Notes under the pieces: model-generated
Databases searched by the model: none
Seen by the model: only the letters and a program-made list of their open reading frames with translations
What the model was told of the DNA's origin: nothing
Made by a program: the position numbers and the translations under genes
Shown: positions 12,020-17,358 of the stretch, in pieces
Layout: every line of letters begins with the position of its first letter
Position numbering within the stretch: the stretch's first letter is position 1
Source: a virus
Reading direction: 5' to 3' (one strand)
DNA length: 17,358 nucleotides
IMG/VR virus record: IMGVR_UViG_3300045988_025728
Coordinates: 1 to 17,358 of that record

Positions 12020-13518
12020 GCACCATCTACGACAAAACAGACAACTACGCATTAAATCTCTATGGCGACAATGATCCCGCCGACCTGCGTGACGGCTATA
12101 ACGGCTCCATGCACACCATTGACTCCACACTCGGAACGCACCTGAATCGCATCGAGGGCGTGGAAGCGCGTGAAACCCACGATGAAGAGGTCATGAAGGC
12201 ACTGCTTGTGGACAACACGGTGGATAACGCCACCGCAAGTAAAGCTAAGTGGGATAAAGCCGGTACTGACGCCACCACCGCCACTGCTACAGCTTCCACC
12301 GCCGCAAGCAAGGCCGACAATAACAGTGCCATTCTCGCCGCGCTCGGAGCAGATTCCACCGGTAACGCCACCGCCAACAAGACGAAATGGGATAAAGCGG
12401 GGACGAACGCTATCGAAGCACTGGCAGACGCCGCCACCGCCACTGAAAAAGCCAATTCCAACACGGCGATTCTCACCGCGCTAGGCGCGGACACCACCGG
12501 CCATGCCACCGCCAACAAGACCAAGTGGGATAAAGCAAGTACGGATGCTGTCAGCGCTAACGACGCTATCGCCCGAATCCTCAAGTCGCTCTCACAGACC
12601 AACGGCCACTTGGTCACTTTTGGAGACTCGTACGGCACGAATACGGATAAGACACGAGAGTGGCCGACCGTACTCAATATCCGACTGGGCGAAAATAGCG
12701 TACTGCACAATTACTGTATCGCAGGAGCTGGCTACACCGCACCAAACGCCACCTTTCAAAGCGAACTCAACAACGCAAAAGCGGACACCAGCTACAATCA
12801 TAACGAGGTTGGCTTAGTGGTGATCGCAGGAAGCCGCAACACCAACGACGGATATTCGGGCGCGTTGCATACCGCCGCCGTAAGCCTGTACGAGGGAGTG
12901 AAACGCGAGTTCCCAAACGCTCGAATCATTGTAGTACCCATGCTATGGGACTGGGAGCCAGTATCAAATTATTGGCGGTACAATTCCGCATCCTGTATTT
13001 CCGCTGCCCGAGAGGTCGGCGTGGAAGCGGTGCCATGGGCCTGGACATGGAACTTAGGCAATAACACGTATTTCCCGACCGGTGATATTCATCCGAACGA
13101 GGACGGAACCAACGTAATCGTAAGCTACATGCTTGATTACATCAACCACAATTACACGGGGCGTACCGAATCGTATTCATGGAGGGACTCAACCAATACG
13201 CTCGCACTGTTCACCGTCAACGCTTCGGGCGGACTCATCACGTTCGGCTGGCATCTCGCCAGCAACGTCACCGCCGCTAATTTCATAGACATTAAAAACG
13301 CATTGCCGAAATGGGCCGAACGCGACAAAGATTCCACCAACGAGCCGGACGCATGGGCGCTCATGGCATCCAACGGCGCGAACGACGCCACCCTGTTTAA
13401 GGTGTTGGGGTCTGAAGATCACGTGAGTGGCACGTTCGGCATCCAACCATACACCACAACCGGTGCCCATGGTTCCCCCAATGGTCTGATGGGTGGCGGT
13501 TTTACCGTAGCGTGGTAA
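12016..13518 (+). CDS. Tail appendage / receptor-binding protein with C-terminal SGNH (GDSL-type) esterase domain (500 aa)
   Basis: SD AAGGAG lies 8 nt upstream. There is an N-terminal anchor motif, then 46-aa tandem repeats. SGNH blocks follow: LVTFGDSYGT (block I, Ser), VVIAGSRNTND (blocks II/III) and GDIHPNEDG (block V, D-x-x-H). It occupies the phi29 gp12 appendage position. Confidence 0.75.
   Translation: MSTIYDKTDNYALNLYGDNDPADLRDGYNGSMHTIDSTLGTHLNRIEGVEARETHDEEVMKALLVDNTVDNATASKAKWDKAGTDATTATATASTAASKADNNSAILAALGADSTGNATANKTKWDKAGTNAIEALADAATATEKANSNTAILTALGADTTGHATANKTKWDKASTDAVSANDAIARILKSLSQTNGHLVTFGDSYGTNTDKTREWPTVLNIRLGENSVLHNYCIAGAGYTAPNATFQSELNNAKADTSYNHNEVGLVVIAGSRNTNDGYSGALHTAAVSLYEGVKREFPNARIIVVPMLWDWEPVSNYWRYNSASCISAAREVGVEAVPWAWTWNLGNNTYFPTGDIHPNEDGTNVIVSYMLDYINHNYTGRTESYSWRDSTNTLALFTVNASGGLITFGWHLASNVTAANFIDIKNALPKWAERDKDSTNEPDAWALMASNGANDATLFKVLGSEDHVSGTFGIQPYTTTGAHGSPNGLMGGGFTVAW
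12226..12585 (+). repeat. In-frame tandem repeat, period 138 nt (46 aa), about 2.6 copies
   Basis: NATASKAKWDKAGTDATTATATASTAASKADNNSAILAALGADSTG / NATANKTKWDKAGTNAIEALADAATATEKANSNTAILTALGADTTG / HATANKTKWDKASTDAVSANDAIARILKSL. The copy boundaries are at 12226, 12364 and 12502. Confidence 0.9.
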
Positions 13519-13539
13519 TAATCCTAATGCCTTAAAATG

Positions 13540-13573
13540 ATAGCCATATCGCCTATAATGGTGATATGGCTAT
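13540..13573 (+). other. Stem-loop enclosing a TATAAT box and sequestering the start codon of the tail lysin gene
   Basis: Perfect 11-bp stem ATAGCCATATC (13540-13550) / GATATGGCTAT (13563-13573). The loop GCCTATAATGGT contains TATAAT (13554-13559). ATG 13566 lies in the 3' arm, exactly 6 nt after the TATAAT. Confidence 0.7.
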
Positions 13574-14777
13574 TACTTTTGCGCAATGGATTGACCAGAC
13601 GAAAAACCGTTTTTGGGACATGGACGGGGCGTATGGCGCGCAATGCTGGGACTTATGGGCAAAATACAGCATGGACATGTACGGCATGTCCATTCAGGAT
13701 TGCATCACCCCTACCGGCTATGCGGGAGGCTTGTACACGTCATACCCGGTATCCGCACGGTGCGAGCAGGTGTACGAACGAATTCCCGCAAGCGGATATC
13801 AGCCGGTGGCCGGTGACGTGGCAATATGGGGGTACGGCACGCACACTCCATACACGCATGTTGCCATAGTCGCGGGGGATGCGGTAAAAGACGGCAGAGT
13901 CTACGTGATTACGCAAAATCCTGACGCAAGCGCGCTCAAATGGTTTCCGATCGACGGACTGTTAGGCTACTTACATCCCCGTACCATGCCTAAGCCGGAC
14001 GTGGATAATCCCACCGGTGACAACAATCAGGGGACCCCAGGCACGAAACGGGGCGGGGCATGGATCCATTGGCAGGGCGACAACCTGTATCTGCATGAGA
14101 CTGATAACAGCGGAGCACGAACCCGTATCTTTTACAAGACCACCGCCAATAATTTTTCGGAAAAAGCGACACAGTCGCAACCGTCCGGCTCGCAAGGACA
14201 AGGGCACCCGTCAAGCTCGACATCACCAGAAAACTCGTACGCCTTATACGTGATTGGCACAGTCGAAGCCAATTTGCGCTGGGATGCAGTAGAAGCGGCC
14301 AACTTGCAGGGTATCGGCATTGCGCAATGGAGCTTCGGCAGACGGTTGCAAGTGTTGAACGCCATGAAAGCGGCAGACCCAACCGGCTATGCGGCATTCA
14401 AAACCGCCGCGCCGCAGATCGCCGCATTAATGGAGAGCGGAGGGGATTTTACAAGAAACCTCACGCAAGCGGAAGCTAGCGCATTCCAGTCATGGGCGGC
14501 ACGCGGTGAATCCCATGAAGGGCAGCGCAAGCAGTTTGCAGAAGATTACGCCGGATATCCACAGGAATACGATGATGATAAAATGCAAATACTGTGGGTC
14601 ACTGCATACCACCAGTCCCCCGCGAACGCGCTCAAGGTGCCGAAGGCGTCAAGCCTCGCCCAGCTCAAGGCCAATATTCTCGCCACGTACCCATTCCAGC
14701 CGTACACGAATCGCTACAATCAGGCGTACTCTCTACTTAGCGTGTGGGATGGAAAATCGAATCCGCCCGCATTCTAA
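13566..14777 (+). CDS. Tail-associated peptidoglycan hydrolase (phi29 gp13 analogue): N-terminal CHAP domain plus C-terminal possible lysozyme/transglycosylase-like domain (403 aa)
   Basis: The CHAP signature is DMDGAYGAQCWDLW (Cys27) ... YTHVAIV (His98) ... ITQNP. The C-terminal segment TVEANLRWDAVEAANLQGIGIAQWS resembles the Glu ... G-(L/I)-x-Q pattern of SLT/lysozyme-like folds (weak). It lies after the appendage gene, as in phi29. The start is supported by alignment to the paralogous endolysin N-terminus. There is no SD. Confidence 0.75.
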   Translation: MAITFAQWIDQTKNRFWDMDGAYGAQCWDLWAKYSMDMYGMSIQDCITPTGYAGGLYTSYPVSARCEQVYERIPASGYQPVAGDVAIWGYGTHTPYTHVAIVAGDAVKDGRVYVITQNPDASALKWFPIDGLLGYLHPRTMPKPDVDNPTGDNNQGTPGTKRGGAWIHWQGDNLYLHETDNSGARTRIFYKTTANNFSEKATQSQPSGSQGQGHPSSSTSPENSYALYVIGTVEANLRWDAVEAANLQGIGIAQWSFGRRLQVLNAMKAADPTGYAAFKTAAPQIAALMESGGDFTRNLTQAEASAFQSWAARGESHEGQRKQFAEDYAGYPQEYDDDKMQILWVTAYHQSPANALKVPKASSLAQLKANILATYPFQPYTNRYNQAYSLLSVWDGKSNPPAF

Positions 14778-14782
14778 ACGTG

Positions 14783-14791
14783 TGATATAAT
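14783..14791 (+). promoter_or_regulatory. Candidate extended -10 promoter (TGATATAAT)
   Basis: TGTGATATAAT (14781-14791) lies 4 nt after the tail lysin stop and about 120 nt upstream of the ATPase gene. Confidence 0.5.
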
Positions 14792-14843
14792 AAGAAATGT
14801 CGGCATGTGATGACTTCCCTTGAGCCGACTAGTACCACAGATA

Positions 14844-14885
14844 AATGGGGAGTATGACGGTGGTCATGACGTCATACTCCCCATT
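14844..14885 (+). other. Long perfect stem-loop (16 bp) in the ATPase leader
   Basis: AATGGGGAGTATGACG (14844-14859), loop GTGGTCATGA, CGTCATACTCCCCATT (14870-14885). It is followed by ATTCATAATGGAGGTGA (the RBS) and ATG 14909. The downstream T-tract is poor. Confidence 0.75.
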
Positions 14886-14908
14886 ATTCATAATGGAGGT
14901 GAGCATAT

Positions 14909-15976
14909 ATGGCATTGCGGACATTAGCCGAAGATGATTACTATGATCTGCATAATCTGCTCACCCGAAACGCCCCATGGAATTTCATTATCGGCGCACG
15001 AGGACTCGGCAAAACGTTCGCCGCCAAACGATACGGCATCAAAGAATACATCAAGCACGGTCACGAGTTCATTTATCTTAGGCGTACGGACGTGGAACAA
15101 CGCCGCAAGGAAACCTTCTTCAAAGACATTCAAGAGTTCTTCCCCTCGTACGAATTTCGTGTGAATGGTGAAAAAGGACAAGTACATAAGGCGTCATGGG
15201 ATGAAAAGGACTGGCGCACATGCTGTTATTTCGTCGCATTGTCACAGGCGGGCGGGCTGAAATCAGTGGCCTACCCTAAAGTGCACTTGATTATCTTCGA
15301 CGAAATTTTCCCCGATAACCTACGTTTTTTAAGCAATGAGGTAAATTCATTCTCGGAATTTTACAACACGGTTGACCGTTGGCAGGATAGAACAAAAGTG
15401 CTATTTTTATCTAACGCGGTGCAAAAAGCTAATCCATATTTTACGAAATACCGGCTTGATATTGGCGCACAGCAATCCAATCAACAGCAATACAAACTCT
15501 ACTGCGGTGGATTCGTATGTCTCGAATTGGCCGACTATGGCGGATTCTCAGCCAAAGTCGCACAATCAAAGTTCGGCAGATTCCTTGAACAGTATGACGG
15601 CGACTATGCGGATTATGCGATCAGAAACAAGTTCCGAGATGAATCGGACACGTTGCTAGCTCCCATACCGAGTGACGGCGAGCTCTCATATATTTTGGAC
15701 ACTACCGATTACGCTCGATTTGGTATATGGGTAAGTGTGTCCGAACGTGATGGACATGTTTCACAATATGTTTCACGACGTATCCCTAAAGACAATACTA
15801 GACCCGTCTACACGTTAGACCCCAATCATGTTGACGAAAAAACATGGTATGTCAAAAAATCAGATGATATCATAAGACGACTCACCACCGGCTACCGACT
15901 AGGTAAAATAAGGTTTGATGACTCACAGGTCAAGGCCGATTTTGGACTGATCATAGGTGAACTGTTAGGAAAATAA
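14909..15976 (+). CDS. DNA packaging (encapsidation) ATPase, phi29 gp16-like (355 aa)
   Basis: NFIIGARGLGKTFAAKRYGIKEYIKHGHEFIYLRR matches phi29 gp16 NFVIGARGIGKSYAMKVYPINRFIKYGEQFIYVRR (Walker A). Walker B is HLIIFDEIF. SD GGAGGTGA lies upstream. Confidence 0.93.
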   Translation: MALRTLAEDDYYDLHNLLTRNAPWNFIIGARGLGKTFAAKRYGIKEYIKHGHEFIYLRRTDVEQRRKETFFKDIQEFFPSYEFRVNGEKGQVHKASWDEKDWRTCCYFVALSQAGGLKSVAYPKVHLIIFDEIFPDNLRFLSNEVNSFSEFYNTVDRWQDRTKVLFLSNAVQKANPYFTKYRLDIGAQQSNQQQYKLYCGGFVCLELADYGGFSAKVAQSKFGRFLEQYDGDYADYAIRNKFRDESDTLLAPIPSDGELSYILDTTDYARFGIWVSVSERDGHVSQYVSRRIPKDNTRPVYTLDPNHVDEKTWYVKKSDDIIRRLTTGYRLGKIRFDDSQVKADFGLIIGELLGK

Positions 15977-15988
15977 GGAGAATAATAT

Positions 15989-16360
15989 ATGACAATGACA
16001 GCAACCGACGTATGGTGTGTGTTCGCGGTAGTCTTTTTTATCATTGTGGACTACGTGACCGGCATTGCAAAAGCCATTTTAAATGATACGCTCAGCTCCC
16101 AGAAAATGCGACAAGGATTATGGCATAAGTTCGCCTACCTTATGCTCACCCTAGTCGCCTATTTTATGGACATGATCAACCTACACGTAGATCTCGGATT
16201 GCCGGTCAGCGTATTCATATGCACCGTAGGCGGCATTAGCCTAATCGAACTCACCTCGATCCTTGAAAACATTACCGCCATCAACCCCGAACTAGCGGAC
16301 GCACCATTCATGAGCGTGTTCGCACAAACCAATACCCCCAAACACAAGAAGGAAAGCTAA
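15989..16360 (+). CDS. Holin (phage_holin_4_1 / TcdE-like family), 123 aa, three TM segments
   Basis: The family-typical motifs are IIVDYVTGIAKAI...S..MRQGLWHK and GISLIELTSILEN. There are three hydrophobic helices. It lies immediately upstream of the endolysin. SD AAGGAG. Confidence 0.85.
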   Translation: MTMTATDVWCVFAVVFFIIVDYVTGIAKAILNDTLSSQKMRQGLWHKFAYLMLTLVAYFMDMINLHVDLGLPVSVFICTVGGISLIELTSILENITAINPELADAPFMSVFAQTNTPKHKKES

Positions 16361-16361
16361 C

Positions 16362-17045
16362 ATGAACATCTCTGAATGGATGAACAACGTAAACGGAAAA
16401 ATCATCGACATGGACGGAGCATACGGCGGGCAATGCTGGGACCTATGGAGTTCATACGCGCGAAACGTATACGGCATTCCAGCAGCCGACACCAACACCG
16501 TAGACGGATACGCCGCAAGCGTCTACACCGCACGATATGACCGCTCCCGCGCATTGCAAAACACGTTCAATCGAGAGGGTGCCGACTATACGCCGGTTTA
16601 CGGTGACGTGGCATTTTGGAACGGCGCAGGCATGAACCATGTCGCAATTGTCGTTCGAGACAACGGCAACGGTACACTGGAAACCATGTCACAAAACCCG
16701 AACAAGGCCGAATACGTGACAATCAGCAAAAACGGCATTATCGGCTACTTCCACCCGCACTCAGCGAGCGCACCAGCGCCAGCACCAGCACCGGCAAACA
16801 ATAACGTGACCATCGTTCCACGCACCTACAAAGTCAACGTTGACACACTCAACGTACGCTCTGCACCCTCAGTCAATGCAGAAGTAGTAGCCCAGTATCA
16901 CTACGGACAGACAGTCAACCTATCCGAAGGCGGTGTGATCGCAGACGGATACATTTGGGCACACTACACAGGCGGCTCAGGCGCAACACGATACGTAGCA
17001 CTCGCACCCGCCGACAAATCAATGTGGTATCTCGTATTTGCCTGA
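16362..17045 (+). CDS. Endolysin: N-terminal CHAP amidase/endopeptidase, (AP)n linker, C-terminal SH3b cell-wall-binding domain (227 aa)
   Basis: The CHAP signature is DMDGAYGGQCWDLW (Cys25) ... NHVAIVV (His93) ... SQNP. The linker is SASAPAPAPAPA. The SH3b-like segment is YKVNVDTLNVRSAPSVNAEVVAQYHYGQTVNL..DGYIWAHYTGGSGATRYVA. The start lies 2 nt after the holin stop. Confidence 0.9.
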   Translation: MNISEWMNNVNGKIIDMDGAYGGQCWDLWSSYARNVYGIPAADTNTVDGYAASVYTARYDRSRALQNTFNREGADYTPVYGDVAFWNGAGMNHVAIVVRDNGNGTLETMSQNPNKAEYVTISKNGIIGYFHPHSASAPAPAPAPANNNVTIVPRTYKVNVDTLNVRSAPSVNAEVVAQYHYGQTVNLSEGGVIADGYIWAHYTGGSGATRYVALAPADKSMWYLVFA

Positions 17046-17058
17046 TTAGCGGTATAAG

Positions 17059-17088
17059 AAAGCCCCTAGGTTAGAACCTAGGGGCTTT
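17059..17088. terminator. Bidirectional intrinsic terminator between convergent genes
   Basis: Perfect 12-bp stem AAAGCCCCTAGG/CCTAGGGGCTTT with loop TTAGAA and A/T-rich flanks on both sides. It lies between the endolysin (+) and the right-end ORF (-). Confidence 0.85.
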
Positions 17089-17097
17089 AATTATTTA

Positions 17098-17328
17098 TCA
17101 GTCGCCATCATCAATCGAAACAGTATATTTACGGCACGGGCGACCTTTCTTGGAATAACCTTTAGCAACCATGTTGATATCATAATCGTTACTCAATAAA
17201 ACCTCCACAATAGTCTCAAGCGCTCTACGGAACGAAAGAGTTGCATGAAACATGCCACTAGGCTTCACACAGTCAGGCAAAATCTCAAACACCTGAAAAG
17301 TTTCATTAGTGATGATGAAATACCACAT
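17098..17328 (-). CDS. ITR-initiated early protein, right copy (76 aa), unknown function
   Basis: It has the same SD and ATG and the same first 30 aa as the left copy, all ITR-encoded. The C-terminus diverges (LSFRRALETIVEVLLSNDYDINMVAKGYSKKGRPCRKYTVSIDDGD). The total length is identical to the left paralogue. An alternative start lies at 17253. Confidence 0.55.
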   Translation of the reverse strand: MWYFIITNETFQVFEILPDCVKPSGMFHATLSFRRALETIVEVLLSNDYDINMVAKGYSKKGRPCRKYTVSIDDGD

Positions 17329-17358
17329 GTCAGTGCTCCTCCCCAAGTTCAACCAACT
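17240..17358. repeat. Right inverted terminal repeat (ITR), 119 bp
   Basis: Perfect reverse complement of nt 1-119. Confidence 0.97.

Noticed and set aside
12096-12710. 204-aa minus-strand ORF and several + strand alternative-frame ORFs (12206-12484, 12503-12817) in the appendage gene
   Set aside because: They arise from the GCC/ACC-rich tandem repeat region, and their products are low-complexity Ala/Pro/Ser. The sense frame carries coherent repeats and an SGNH domain.
13537-13869. 110-aa and 67-aa alternative-frame ORFs (13537-13869, 13613-13816) overlapping the tail lysin gene
   Set aside because: The 13566 frame encodes an unmistakable CHAP domain paralogous to the endolysin. The alternative frames give Arg/Trp-rich products with no RBS.
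1-17358. Terminal inverted repeats as the ends of a transposon, or the element being an integrated prophage or linear plasmid
   Set aside because: No transposase, integrase or repressor is present. The content is a complete virion-plus-replication gene set of the phi29 type, with a protein-primed polymerase. The ITRs are therefore best read as replication origins of a linear phage genome. A casposon- or polinton-like identity is also unlikely, given the absence of an integrase.
1-17358. tRNA genes, CRISPR arrays, rRNA, introns or inteins
   Set aside because: I saw no cloverleaf-compatible segment and no regularly spaced direct repeats. No interruptions of conserved motifs in the polymerase, portal, ATPase or capsid were visible by eye. 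A tRNAscan or Infernal run would be needed to exclude them formally.

Overview
The window appears to be a complete 17,358-bp linear genome of a small phi29/Cp-1/Av-1-like podophage that replicates by protein priming. It ends in perfect 119-bp inverted terminal repeats (ITRs). All genes are on the + strand except one inward-facing gene at the right end. The order is: a tightly packed early operon of small orphan proteins (31-1896); a replication block (SSB-like, basic putative terminal protein, compact family-B DNA polymerase; 1961-4927); a 233-nt non-coding gap; then a phi29-syntenic late block. The late block holds an acidic scaffold, a major capsid with Ig-like domains, a gp9-like tail knob, a gp10-like portal, a gp11-like lower collar, appendage proteins including an SGNH esterase, a CHAP tail lysin, a gp16-like packaging ATPase, a holin and a CHAP-SH3b endolysin. 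No integrase, tRNA or CRISPR is present. The most interesting signal is the 4920-5104 unit: an extended -10 promoter, about 170 nt of highly structured non-coding RNA, and an intrinsic terminator. By hand it folds like a phi29-type packaging RNA: a 5'/3' closing helix, a multi-helix junction and a complementary bulge/hairpin loop pair. Other notable points: twin ITR-initiated paralogous ORFs with no room for an upstream promoter; a hidden 55-aa ORF that duplicates the appendage N-terminal anchor motif; a candidate leaderless start sequestered in a hairpin; duplicated CHAP modules; and non-canonical polymerase motifs. All homology calls rest on motif recognition by eye and recalled phi29 protein sequences. 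No searches or folding programs were run.
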